The notes below the pieces were generated by a model. The model searched no databases. It saw only the letters and a list, made by a program, of their open reading frames with translations, and was not told the origin of the DNA. 36,582 nt of DNA from Myxococcales bacterium (GTDB lineage Bacteria > Myxococcota_A > UBA9042): positions 1-36,582 of the forward strand of contig JBBISH010000061.1 in the NCBI GenBank assembly GCA_037441385.1. The letters are read 5' to 3'. The translations under genes and the position numbers were made by a program. Positions 17,119 through 25,908 of this stretch are shown here, piece by piece (position 1 is the stretch's first letter; every line of letters starts with the position of its first letter).

Positions 17119-18939
17119 ATGGCAACGCGAACCACCACCGCACGCTTCCAGACGCTCCGCACTGGGCGCACTCTGGAGTGCATCCGGGCACCAAGGCCAG
17201 AGTGGATCCGGGCACCAAGGTGGGTCCGCGCAGCAAAATCGACCCGCGCAATGGGGTGGCCCCGCGCCGCGGCCACCGTGTTGGCCTTGGCGAGCGCGTT
17301 TGCCGCGGGCTGCAGCAGCGACGACGCTCCGGCTGCCAGCGGCCCCTCGATCGACCGAACCAGCCAAGACCCGCTGGCCGTTGGCTGTGATCCCGCCAGC
17401 GCCGGCTGCTGGGACGCCGAGACCGCCAAACTCCCCGACCTCAAGGCCATGGTCGACAAGATCGGCAAGCCGGTGCAAGCCGCGGGCGCGCTCGCCGACA
17501 AGGCTGGCAACCGCCTGGTCTGGGCCGAACTGGCCGCCAGCGCCGACGCGCCGCGCACCGAGGTCAGCGTGGCTTTTGCCCGCTGCAACGCCAAGAACGT
17601 CTGCAAAGTGGGCCGCGCCGACTACACTGCCACCGGCGCTACCTTTGTCGACGCCGCCGGCCAGCCCTTTGGCGACGTGACCATCGGCCGCCCGATCCTG
17701 CGCAAGAAACTGAAGGCGCACGCACCCGACAAGGATCCCACGCGGCTCGCCCCGTTGGAGACGGCGGCCAAGCCGGACGCGGAAGTGGCCTGGGGTATCT
17801 GGTCGACCATGCAGTTCAAAAAGCGGCGCTGCGTGGTGCTGAACGCCTACGGCCCCGAGGTCGGTCTCAGCGCCACGCCGATCGCCCAGGCCTGCAGCGC
17901 GAGCGGCCGGTTCGATAGCACCGAAGTCATTGATTATGCCCGCGTTTCTGACTTGACGACCATCCTGCCCACGCTGACCGGCGTGGACGCGCTGTTTTGG
18001 GTGGGCGCTGGCGTGTACGAAGAGCGGACCGAAGGCGAGCGCCGCCACGGCATGACCTTGTCGCGCGGCGTGTTTGGCGATCAGCTGGTGTACGGCAAGG
18101 GCTCGCCCGACCTGATCAAGGGGTTGCCGCTGGGCGGACCGGGCCTGCTGGTGCTGGCCGGCGCCGACACCATGGCCGCCAACAGCTGGACGGATACCAA
18201 CACCCTGACCTCGGTGCTGCACGACGTGCCGGCGCGGGCGCTGGTGGGCTTTACGGCCAAGACGCCCGCGGCCGATGTGGTAGCCGCCGCCGGTCGACTG
18301 GGCAAGTCACTGTTTGGCGGTGCAGTTCTGAGCAGCGCGCTCGCCGCGGCCGGTGCGCCGGTGATCTCGGACCTGGCGCCCGAGACGGTGTCCAAGTGGA
18401 AGTGGGCAGCGCCCAGCGCGTCGTTCTGGGGCGGCAAGCACCCGAGCAAGGCGGCTCTGAAGCTGTATGCCAAGCTGGAACCGCCGATCTGCACCCACGT
18501 GCCCGACGCGTGCACCCGCTCTAGCTTTACCGAGAACTACAAGACCAACCCCGTGCCCGCGACCGAAATGACCGCCGGGCACAGCACCTACATGTGCGAC
18601 CTGACCTTTGACGGGCCGTGGTTCAGCTGCGACGTGGACGACACCGGCGCGGGTCAGAAATTCATCGTGCGCGGCGTAATGCGCGGCCACGCCGAGGGCG
18701 ACCACTTCTGGTTGTTCGCCAACGGCACGGGCGTGACCAAGTACAAGGACCTGCTGGTGATCGGCGAGGGAGTTCTGGGCAAGGTCGATCAAGGCGGCGG
18801 TTCGTCGTCGATTCCCTTTACGGGCGACGCGGTGGCCGGCACCTGGACCGACGAAGAGAACCGCTGCTGTGCCACCAAGGGCGCCGCAACTTTGACGACC
18901 ATCAAGGGCGAGCCGAGCCAGTTGCAGATCTGGCCCTAG
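17119..18939 (+). CDS. Uncharacterised lipoprotein with a possible inactive CHAT/caspase-like domain
   Basis: Lipobox FAAG-C and typical GC3 codon usage. Start is either 17119 (AGGGG RBS) or 17251. Confidence 0.8.
   Translation: MATRTTTARFQTLRTGRTLECIRAPRPEWIRAPRWVRAAKSTRAMGWPRAAATVLALASAFAAGCSSDDAPAASGPSIDRTSQDPLAVGCDPASAGCWDAETAKLPDLKAMVDKIGKPVQAAGALADKAGNRLVWAELAASADAPRTEVSVAFARCNAKNVCKVGRADYTATGATFVDAAGQPFGDVTIGRPILRKKLKAHAPDKDPTRLAPLETAAKPDAEVAWGIWSTMQFKKRRCVVLNAYGPEVGLSATPIAQACSASGRFDSTEVIDYARVSDLTTILPTLTGVDALFWVGAGVYEERTEGERRHGMTLSRGVFGDQLVYGKGSPDLIKGLPLGGPGLLVLAGADTMAANSWTDTNTLTSVLHDVPARALVGFTAKTPAADVVAAAGRLGKSLFGGAVLSSALAAAGAPVISDLAPETVSKWKWAAPSASFWGGKHPSKAALKLYAKLEPPICTHVPDACTRSSFTENYKTNPVPATEMTAGHSTYMCDLTFDGPWFSCDVDDTGAGQKFIVRGVMRGHAEGDHFWLFANGTGVTKYKDLLVIGEGVLGKVDQGGGSSSIPFTGDAVAGTWTDEENRCCATKGAATLTTIKGEPSQLQIWP
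17176..17220 (+). repeat. Direct repeat, 21 bp x2 (GAGTG(C/G)ATCCGGGCACCAAGG, period 24), plus a degenerate third copy
   Basis: 17176-17196 and 17200-17220 differ at 1 position. Encodes ECIRAPR/EWIRAPR, followed by WVRAAK. Confidence 0.85.
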
Positions 18940-18988
18940 CCCGCAGTCGGCCACACGTACCTACCCCCAACGCCAGGGAGCCGCATCC

Positions 18989-19453
18989 ATGGGCCACGGA
19001 ATCGACTACGCAACCTTGCCCAAGGGCGCTGGGATGCGCATTGGCGTGGTGGCCGCGCGCTGGAACGACTTTGTCGTCGAGCCGATGTTCGAGCAGGCGG
19101 TGTTGGCGCTCCGCCAGTGCGGCGCCGAGCCGGTCATCGTGCGGGTACCGGGCGCGTTCGAACTGCCCGTGGCGGCGGCGCGGATGGCGCGGTCCCTAGA
19201 TGCGGTGATCGCGATTGGCGCTGTGATCCGCGGCGATACACCCCACTTCGACTTTGTCGCGGGCGAGGCGGCGCGCGGACTGCAGACGGTAGCCGTCCGC
19301 ACGGGAGTCCCCGTCATCCTTGGCGTCTTGACCACGAACAACCGCGAACAGGCCGAGGAACGGGCCGATCCCCTCCGCGGCAACAAGGGCCGCGAGTTCG
19401 CGCTCTCGGCCATCGAGACCGTACTGGCGCTGCAGGACCACCCGCGCATCTGA
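18989..19453 (+). CDS. ribH: 6,7-dimethyl-8-ribityllumazine synthase
   Basis: ARWN, VPGAFELP, GAVIRGDTPHFDFVA, GVLT, NKGREFA. Confidence 0.97.
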   Translation: MGHGIDYATLPKGAGMRIGVVAARWNDFVVEPMFEQAVLALRQCGAEPVIVRVPGAFELPVAAARMARSLDAVIAIGAVIRGDTPHFDFVAGEAARGLQTVAVRTGVPVILGVLTTNNREQAEERADPLRGNKGREFALSAIETVLALQDHPRI

Positions 19454-19486
19454 TCCCACCCGAACCCAACGAGCGAGAGGCCGACC

Positions 19487-19984
19487 ATGTACAGCAGGCG
19501 CCGGGCACGCGAATCCGCCTTGCAGATCCTTTACGGCCTAGACTGGGTCGTGCGCGACACCGATGTGGCGATCGAGGACTATTGGGCCAAATTCGCTGGC
19601 GAAAAGCCGGACGGCTACGACGAAGTCCGCAAGCACTGCGAAGAGTTGGTGCGCGGCGTGCTGGACGAAAAAGCCAAGCTGGACGAGCGGCTGCAGGCCA
19701 CCTCGCACCACTGGAAGATGGACCGCATGAGCGCCGTGGACCGCAACATTTTGCGGCTGGCGGCGTTCGAGTTGCTGTACCAGGGCGACGTGGTGCCGCG
19801 AAAGGTGGCGATCAATGAAGCCGTTGAGATCGCTAAGAAATTCGGCAACGAAGATTCGAGTTCCTTTGTCAACGGCATCCTAGACCGCATCGCCCAAGAG
19901 CGCGGCACCACCCCGGCCGACGAAGCGGCACAGCGGGAGTCGCGGGTCCGCGCCGAGCGCCGCTCGCAAAAGTCCGAGTCGTAG
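19487..19984 (+). CDS. nusB: Transcription antitermination factor NusB
   Basis: RRRARESALQILY, VDRNILRLA, VAINEAVEIAKKFG, FVNGILD. Conserved ribH-nusB order. Confidence 0.97.
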   Translation: MYSRRRARESALQILYGLDWVVRDTDVAIEDYWAKFAGEKPDGYDEVRKHCEELVRGVLDEKAKLDERLQATSHHWKMDRMSAVDRNILRLAAFELLYQGDVVPRKVAINEAVEIAKKFGNEDSSSFVNGILDRIAQERGTTPADEAAQRESRVRAERRSQKSES

Positions 19985-19991
19985 GTCGATC

Positions 19992-20558
19992 ATGCAGTTT
20001 CGCCTGGTGACGCCACTGCTCGAGAACCTTGACGAGATCGAGGGGACTTGCTTGGTGCTGACCAGTTTTTCGGACGATCGGCCCCTGCGCGGCTTGACCG
20101 GCCTGGTCGACTGGCGGCTCAACGGCCAGTTGTCGCGGCTGGTGCTGAACGAATTCATCGACGCCCACTACCAAGAATCGATGCTGGCGCCCATCGAGGG
20201 GCGGCTGCCGTTCCAGCGCATCTTGTTGGTCGGCATGGGCAAGCGCAGCGACTTCACCGCCGAGCGCTTTGAAGAGGTCTGCCGCTTCTGCTTCAAGACC
20301 CTGGTGCGCCTGGACATTTTGCGCTTCGCCATGACGCTGCCCGGTCGCGTAGGGCTCGACGTGGGGCTGCGGCAGGCGTTGGCCGGTTGGCGGCGGGCGC
20401 TGCTCGACTCTTTTGACGCCGCGCAGCTGGAAGCTCTGGATTTGGTGGTGCTAGAAGCGCCCGACGTGCAGCGCGAATTGGCCGAGCCGATGCGGACCCT
20501 GCAGCGCGAGATCGCCGACCGCGCCCGCCAGGCCAAGGCCGTTTCGCAGCTCTCGTAG
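19992..20558 (+). CDS. Stand-alone peptidase M17 N-terminal-domain-like protein
   Basis: DDRPLRGLTGLVDWRLNGQLSRL...RILLVGMG resembles the leucyl aminopeptidase N-terminal domain. No catalytic C-terminal domain. Confidence 0.75.
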   Translation: MQFRLVTPLLENLDEIEGTCLVLTSFSDDRPLRGLTGLVDWRLNGQLSRLVLNEFIDAHYQESMLAPIEGRLPFQRILLVGMGKRSDFTAERFEEVCRFCFKTLVRLDILRFAMTLPGRVGLDVGLRQALAGWRRALLDSFDAAQLEALDLVVLEAPDVQRELAEPMRTLQREIADRARQAKAVSQLS

Positions 20559-20586
20559 ATCGTCCCAGCAGTTGCGGGAGGTCCGG

Positions 20587-22575
20587 TCAATCCTGATCGG
20601 CGGCCACACCGCCGGTTCCGCTGCCGCCACCGGCCGACAAGGGCGCTGCGGCGGGCTGCAGGGCGGCGGGGCGCAGCATGCCGGCCAACCGCGTCGCCAC
20701 CTCGCTTCCGGCGACGATGCGGCGTTGGACCAGCCATTGCGCCCAGAATTGCAATGGGTTGGCGCGCGCACCGCGGCCCACGGCAGGCGAGAAGCTCACC
20801 ACCCGACCGATCCACTCGGCGGCGTTGTCGCGCCAAGGCGACGGCAGGGCCAGCGCCTGAACCATGGCCGGCAGTTGGCTGCGCTCGATGGCCGCAACGG
20901 CAATGCCGCGGCGCTGCAGTCCCTGCAGAGCCAGTTCCTCGCGCTCCAAGCCTGCTGGCCACCCCGCCACAAAGGCGCGCCAGAGCTGCTTTTCGCGAGC
21001 CGGATCCAGCGGTTGCGTGGTGTCAAAGTTGGCGATCAGCGGAGCAGTCAAGTCCAGCAAATCGACGCTGTCGTGGTTGGTCAAACGGGTCAGCGCCTGC
21101 CGCGCCGTGTCGCGCACCGCCGGCTCGCCATCGTCGAGCAAATCGACCAGCGCTGGGGCCACGTCCAGGGTCGCCGCGTTGGCGAGCAGGGCCGCCGCCA
21201 GCTGCCGCACCGTCACGACCGGCACATCCACAGGCGAGCCAGCGGGTTGCAGGCTGCGCACGTCGCGGGTCAGGTCGGCCAGCGGCACCACTTCGTGCAG
21301 GGCGGCCATCCCGTGCATCGCCGCGATAGCCACGCGCGGATCGTCTTCGTGGGCCAGCGCCGTGCGCACTAGGGGCACGATCTCGTTGCCGCCCCAGGCC
21401 AGCGCCGCCCGCACCGCCTGCAGCCGCACCTGGGCATCGCGGTCGCGCAAGGCGGCGACGATCTCGGCAAAGCTGGCGCCGTCGCGGTACTCGGCCAGCA
21501 GATATACGGCGGCAGCGCGCTCTTCGGGCCGATCCGAGTGCAACGCTTTGCGCAGACTGGGGAAACGCTCGCGAACCTGCGACGCCTGGCCCCAGGCGGC
21601 TTGCGGCGCCCGCGAAGCATTGACGCAGCCTTCGCTAAAGTCACCGCGGTCGCAGCCAATGCGCAAGTGCAGGTGATCGTTGTGGGCCAGCGTCTTCTTG
21701 GGCTGATGCAACAGGGCATTTGCGCGCGCGACCAGCTTTTTGTCGGCCTTTTGCTTTTGGGCCACGGCCAGCATCTTCTGCTTGAGCCATTCGGCCACGA
21801 ACAAGTGTTGCAGCTCGGGCCCTTTGCACTCGAGCAGCGCGGCCACCAGCGACCAATTCACCTCGGGGTCAAAGCTGAGCGATTCGGGCGCATCGGTCGC
21901 TTTGCCGCGCGAATCAAAATGGTACAAGTGGTCCATCAGCGCGAGCTTGCCCTTGTTGTCGCGCACGTAGAAGGCAATGTCGGCGTCGCGGCCGTTATGG
22001 TGCGACACGGACCATGGCAGCGGCCCACCGCCCGGGCGCGACAAATTGCCCAACTGCAAGACCGCGCCCTTGTGCTCTTTGGCCACTTTGTCGGCCGCGC
22101 ACAGCAGCAAATCGCGCATGTCGTCGGTGGTGTAGCGCGTCTGACGCGGCACGACCTTGTCCAGCACGCGGTGGTGCTCGCCTTCAATCGGGATTTCGGC
22201 AGCGTCGACCAGATAGCCCGCCGTCACCGTGCCCACCGAGATCGAGCCCTTGGCGTCGCTGGCCAGGCGCGGGTGATAGCGGGTTTGCAGGGGCATCACG
22301 TAGGCGTCGATCGCGTCGCTGGCGCCGCGCCGGGCAAACCGCCCGATCGGTTCGGCCACGCGCTGGTCGCCGTCGAGTTCCAAAGCCCGCGTGGCCACTG
22401 GGGCCTGCACATCTTGCGGAACGGGCGCGACCATCGCGGCGACGGCCGGCCGCTCCGTTTCCTCGACCTGGGGCGCCATCAGGGCGCAACTGCCCATCGC
22501 CAGCGCCAGGATCAGACTGGACCAGCTGGGCAAGCTTGGCGTTTGGACGAATCTTTGCCGCAGAAGCATCGTCAC
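20587..22575 (-). CDS. Penicillin-insensitive murein endopeptidase (MepA/M74-like) fused to HEAT repeats, probable lipoprotein
   Basis: GNLSRPGGG..SHHNGRDADI and HNDHLHLRI (H-x6-D / HxH). C-terminal repeats ERAAAVYLL, VRLQAVRAA, VRDTARQALTRL. Signal ending in AMGS-C. Start 22575 or 22569. Confidence 0.85.
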   Translation of the reverse strand: MTMLLRQRFVQTPSLPSWSSLILALAMGSCALMAPQVEETERPAVAAMVAPVPQDVQAPVATRALELDGDQRVAEPIGRFARRGASDAIDAYVMPLQTRYHPRLASDAKGSISVGTVTAGYLVDAAEIPIEGEHHRVLDKVVPRQTRYTTDDMRDLLLCAADKVAKEHKGAVLQLGNLSRPGGGPLPWSVSHHNGRDADIAFYVRDNKGKLALMDHLYHFDSRGKATDAPESLSFDPEVNWSLVAALLECKGPELQHLFVAEWLKQKMLAVAQKQKADKKLVARANALLHQPKKTLAHNDHLHLRIGCDRGDFSEGCVNASRAPQAAWGQASQVRERFPSLRKALHSDRPEERAAAVYLLAEYRDGASFAEIVAALRDRDAQVRLQAVRAALAWGGNEIVPLVRTALAHEDDPRVAIAAMHGMAALHEVVPLADLTRDVRSLQPAGSPVDVPVVTVRQLAAALLANAATLDVAPALVDLLDDGEPAVRDTARQALTRLTNHDSVDLLDLTAPLIANFDTTQPLDPAREKQLWRAFVAGWPAGLEREELALQGLQRRGIAVAAIERSQLPAMVQALALPSPWRDNAAEWIGRVVSFSPAVGRGARANPLQFWAQWLVQRRIVAGSEVATRLAGMLRPAALQPAAAPLSAGGGSGTGGVAADQD

Positions 22576-22708
22576 GTCACCCGTGGATGGGCCGGCGCGC
22601 CATCTCCCTCACGATAACACTTCCGCGCGGGCCGTCGAATCCGCGCTACCAATCTGCATGAACCGTCCCGCGTTCGCGATTGGCCGGGCGGCGGCGGGGC
22701 ATGAACCT

Positions 22709-22755
22709 CTAGGACGCGGCACGCCGGACACCACTAGGACGCGGCACGCCGGACA
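22709..22755. repeat. Exact 22-bp direct repeat duplicating the pgsA 3' end
   Basis: CTAGGACGCGGCACGCCGGACA at 22709-22730 and 22734-22755. The second copy contains the pgsA stop. Confidence 0.9.
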
Positions 22756-23423
22756 AAGGCTTGGCGGACGAAGTTGCCCAAGTAGCTGCCGGCCGAGCCG
22801 ATCGAGAAGATCATCGACGCCGCCAGCAAGGTCAGGCCCACGCGATGGAAGTCGACGCTGCCCTGCAGGGCCAGAAAGTCGACGTTCGTGGGGAAGTGCA
22901 GCAGCAGGCCGATCAAGCCCACCATCTGCAGCGCCGTCTTCCACTTGCCCCAGCGATCCGAGGGCACTTCGAAGCCTTCTTCGGCGGCGATCGCCCGCAG
23001 GCCGGTGATCGCGACTTCGCGCGACAAGAGCAGCACCACCAGCCACACCGGCGCCCGCTCAAGCTGTACCAGTTCGACCAGACACGCCAGCACCAGCAGC
23101 TTGTCGGCCAGCGGATCCAGGAACCGGCCAAAGGCGCTCTGCATATTCAGGTTGCGGGCGAGCCAGCCGTCCAAGAAGTCGGTGATCGATGCCAAGGCGA
23201 ACAAGCTGGTGGCGAAAAAGACCGCCTTGCGCGCCGCCCACTCGCCGGCCAACCCAGGGTTGCTCAGCTCCATTTGCCACATCACCGCCGGAATGATCGC
23301 CACGCGGCCCATGGTCAAGATATTGGGGATATTGAAGATCTCGCCCTGCAGCGGGCCGGGCGCCTTGCGGGCCTTCTTCTTCTTCTTGCTGCGGACGGGC
23401 AGCGCTGGTTTGGGCAGTTGCAT
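22734..23423 (-). CDS. pgsA: CDP-diacylglycerol--glycerol-3-phosphate 3-phosphatidyltransferase
   Basis: NIPNILTMGR, TDFLDGWLAR, FGRFLDPLADK, REVAITGLR, GKWKTALQM. AAAGGGGAG RBS before MQLP. Confidence 0.96.
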   Translation of the reverse strand: MQLPKPALPVRSKKKKKARKAPGPLQGEIFNIPNILTMGRVAIIPAVMWQMELSNPGLAGEWAARKAVFFATSLFALASITDFLDGWLARNLNMQSAFGRFLDPLADKLLVLACLVELVQLERAPVWLVVLLLSREVAITGLRAIAAEEGFEVPSDRWGKWKTALQMVGLIGLLLHFPTNVDFLALQGSVDFHRVGLTLLAASMIFSIGSAGSYLGNFVRQAFVRRAAS

Positions 23424-23648
23424 GGTCTCCCCTTTGGGCTTGGCGCGGCGACCGATGATGGCACCAGTGGACGGCGCTGGGAATCCCTTGGCGCGCTCTG
23501 GGTTCCTAGTATGCAGTGGCGGCGGATCTGGCGACGGCCGCGACGAATTGCTATCGTTCAAGGGTTGCCGCGAGGGCGCGGGCCAGCGCTTGACGCCAAA
23601 TCACTGCTACAGGCCAGACTCTGGCACGGGATCGCAGCGACCAACACC

Positions 23649-24953
23649 ATGGATTTACTACTCAACATCCTCCTCGGCTTTGTCGGCGGGCTCATCTTGA
23701 ATGTGATGCCGTGCGTGCTGCCCGTGCTCACCATGAAGGTGTTTCACCTGGTCGAGCATTCCAGCGCGGGCGATGGATCGACCGACCGCACCCGCCGGCT
23801 GCACGGTCTGGCGTACACCGGCGGCATCCTGATGGCGTTCCTGGCGCTGGCGGCGGCGGTGATCGCCATCAAGGCCTCGGGCGATCGCGTGGGCTGGGGC
23901 ATGCAGTTCCAGAACCCGCGCTTTGTCGCCGGCATGATCGCCCTGGTGTTCGTGTTTGGCCTCAACGCTTTGGGCGTGTTCGAGTGGACGCTGTCGCTTT
24001 CGGGGCGGCCGGGCCATCAGGGCTACGGCGCCAGCTTCGTCAACGGCCTGTTCGCGGCGATCATGTCCACGCCGTGCTCTGCGCCGTTCCTGGGAACGGC
24101 CGCGGCCTTTGCCCTGGGCGCCGGCACGCCGGCCTACGTCACCCTGGCCATGTTCACCTCGATCGGCATCGGCCTGGCCAGCCCGTTCCTGCTGGTCAGC
24201 TTCGTCCCCGCCGTGGGCCGGCTGTTGCCGCGCCCCGGCCCGTGGATGGATACCTTCAAAAGCCTGATGGGCTTTTCGCTGGTCGGCGCCGCGGTGTGGC
24301 TGATGCGGGCGTTCTTTGCCCAGGTCTCGCGCGAAGCCGCGGCCGACTTCTTGATCTTCTTGCTCGTGCTGACGATTGCGCTGTGGGGCGTTCACCACTT
24401 TGGCGGCATCCTGTATTCCACGGCGCGGCGCTACGCGGTGCGGGCCGCCGCCTTGCTGCTGATGCTGGTCAGCGGCCATTACTTCTTGCACTTTGACGCG
24501 GCCCAGGCCGAGACCGCGGTGGCCAGCGCCGACTGCAAGCCCACGGACACCGTGTGCCGCGATCACATCGTCTGGAGTCCGTTCGACACGGCCCGCGTCA
24601 GCCGCGAGCACAAGGCCGGTCGCCCAGTCTTTATGGACTTCACCGCCGAGTGGTGCGCCAACTGCAAGACCAACGAGAAGGTCTTCATCGAGACGGCGGC
24701 GGTGCGCGGCGCCCTGTCGACCAGCGGCGTGCTGCCGATGAAGGCCGACATGACCAACGAAAACGACGAGATGCAGTCGTGGCTGGATAAGCTGGGTCGC
24801 TCGGGTATCCCGGCCTACGTGATCTACATGCCCGACGGCAGCCGCGATCTGCTGCCCGAGGCGATCACCACCGAGATGCTGGTGCAGCACCTGAGCGACG
24901 CGGCCAAGAAATTCCCGCCCAAGGCCGGCGCGACCCAAACCGCGGCGAATTAG
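23649..24953 (+). CDS. dsbD: DsbD-family thiol:disulfide interchange protein (TM + thioredoxin domains only)
   Basis: LNVMPCVLPVL and STPCSAPF TM cysteines, plus DFTAEWCANC thioredoxin motif. No N-terminal Ig-like alpha domain. Confidence 0.88.
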   Translation: MDLLLNILLGFVGGLILNVMPCVLPVLTMKVFHLVEHSSAGDGSTDRTRRLHGLAYTGGILMAFLALAAAVIAIKASGDRVGWGMQFQNPRFVAGMIALVFVFGLNALGVFEWTLSLSGRPGHQGYGASFVNGLFAAIMSTPCSAPFLGTAAAFALGAGTPAYVTLAMFTSIGIGLASPFLLVSFVPAVGRLLPRPGPWMDTFKSLMGFSLVGAAVWLMRAFFAQVSREAAADFLIFLLVLTIALWGVHHFGGILYSTARRYAVRAAALLLMLVSGHYFLHFDAAQAETAVASADCKPTDTVCRDHIVWSPFDTARVSREHKAGRPVFMDFTAEWCANCKTNEKVFIETAAVRGALSTSGVLPMKADMTNENDEMQSWLDKLGRSGIPAYVIYMPDGSRDLLPEAITTEMLVQHLSDAAKKFPPKAGATQTAAN

Positions 24954-24954
24954 G

Positions 24955-24983
24955 TTGCCCCACCAGCCGTTTCACCCTACACT
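24955..24983 (+). promoter_or_regulatory. Sigma70 promoter of rpmE, TTGCCC-N17-TACACT
   Basis: -35 at 24955-24960, -10 at 24978-24983, optimal spacing. Confidence 0.6.
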
Positions 24984-25070
24984 TACGCCCCCGGTGCCGC
25001 GACTGCCGCTGCACCCAAACACCCCAACCGCCGGCGCCCGCAATCGCGCAGACGCCCAACCGGAGCGATC

Positions 25071-25280
25071 ATGAAGAAAGAAGGCCACCCCAAGTACGTT
25101 GAAGCCACCGTCCACTGCGGCTGCGGCAACACGTTCGTCACCCGCTCGACCGCTGGCAACATGCAGATCGACATCTGCTCGAACTGCCACCCGTTCTACA
25201 CGGGCAAGCAGCGCATGGTCGACACCGCCGGCCGCGTCGACCGCTTCAACCGTCGCTTCGCCAAGGCTGCGGCCAAGTAA
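25071..25280 (+). CDS. rpmE: 50S ribosomal protein L31 (Zn-binding C+ type)
   Basis: [35 protein letters not shown]. Confidence 0.98.
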   Translation: MKKEGHPKYVEATVHCGCGNTFVTRSTAGNMQIDICSNCHPFYTGKQRMVDTAGRVDRFNRRFAKAAAK

Positions 25281-25302
25281 TTGGCCCCGCGATCCTGTTC
25301 GC

Positions 25303-25350
25303 CACCGGCGAGGCGCTGGCCGCAAGGTCCGCCTCGCCGGTGCGCTTTTT
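25303..25350 (+). terminator. Intrinsic terminator after rpmE
   Basis: 13-bp perfect stem CACCGGCGAGGCG (25303-25315) / CGCCTCGCCGGTG (25330-25342), inner GGCC-GCAA-GGTC hairpin, followed by CGCTTTTT. Confidence 0.8.
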
Positions 25351-25353
25351 GGG

Positions 25354-25908
25354 CTAGTTTTTCGTGGGTTTGGCGGCGCGATCGCGGGCTTGCTGCCACT
25401 CCGCGGCAAACTGGATGCACTGCGCCAGGTCGCCGCGATGGCGGGTCACGCCGGCCAGCTGCCCCCACGCCAGGACCTGCTCCGGCTGACGGGCCTGCAA
25501 GCAAGCCTTGACGATCTCGAGCAGTTCCGCCTCAGTCGCCCCCTGGCGCGTCGGATCCGCTGGCAGGCAGACCGGGTCAGGGCCGCTCGGCTCCAGCCAG
25601 CCATCCGTCAGGGCCACGCCCAGCAGCGCCTGCGGCTCTACGGTGACGACCGCGGCGCTGTGGCTGAATTGCTGTTGCGCGGCGCGCCAGTGGGCGGGGC
25701 GATCGGCGGGCGCGGCGGCGTCGGCCAAGGCGAGTTCGGCAAAGGCGTCGCCCAGCGTCTGATCGCGCTGGCGATGGCCGCGCACCCATTGCAGGCCGCC
25801 CAGGGTCAGCGCCAGCAGCACCATCACCAACGCCCCGATGCCTCGCTGCAGCTTCTGCTGACGCGGCGACGAGCGCGGATCCGCGTACTCGGGCAGCCGC
25901 TCCAGCAT
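25354..25908 (-). CDS. Hypothetical single-pass membrane protein
   Basis: ATG overlaps the speE stop (TGATG). TM helix GIGALVMVLLALTLGGLQW followed by an all-helical region. Confidence 0.65.
   Translation of the reverse strand: MLERLPEYADPRSSPRQQKLQRGIGALVMVLLALTLGGLQWVRGHRQRDQTLGDAFAELALADAAAPADRPAHWRAAQQQFSHSAAVVTVEPQALLGVALTDGWLEPSGPDPVCLPADPTRQGATEAELLEIVKACLQARQPEQVLAWGQLAGVTRHRGDLAQCIQFAAEWQQARDRAAKPTKN

Noticed and set aside
17176..22755. Short direct repeats as CRISPR remnants
   Set aside because: Only two copies each with 3-bp gaps, no spacers and no cas genes.
23622..23637. Sigma54 promoter (TGGCACGGGATCGCA) before dsbD
   Set aside because: GG-to-GC spacing is 9 nt rather than the required 10, and it is too close to the ATG.
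22761..23648. N-terminal extension of the dsbD ORF
   Set aside because: Antisense to pgsA and not Ig-like. The real start is taken as 23649.
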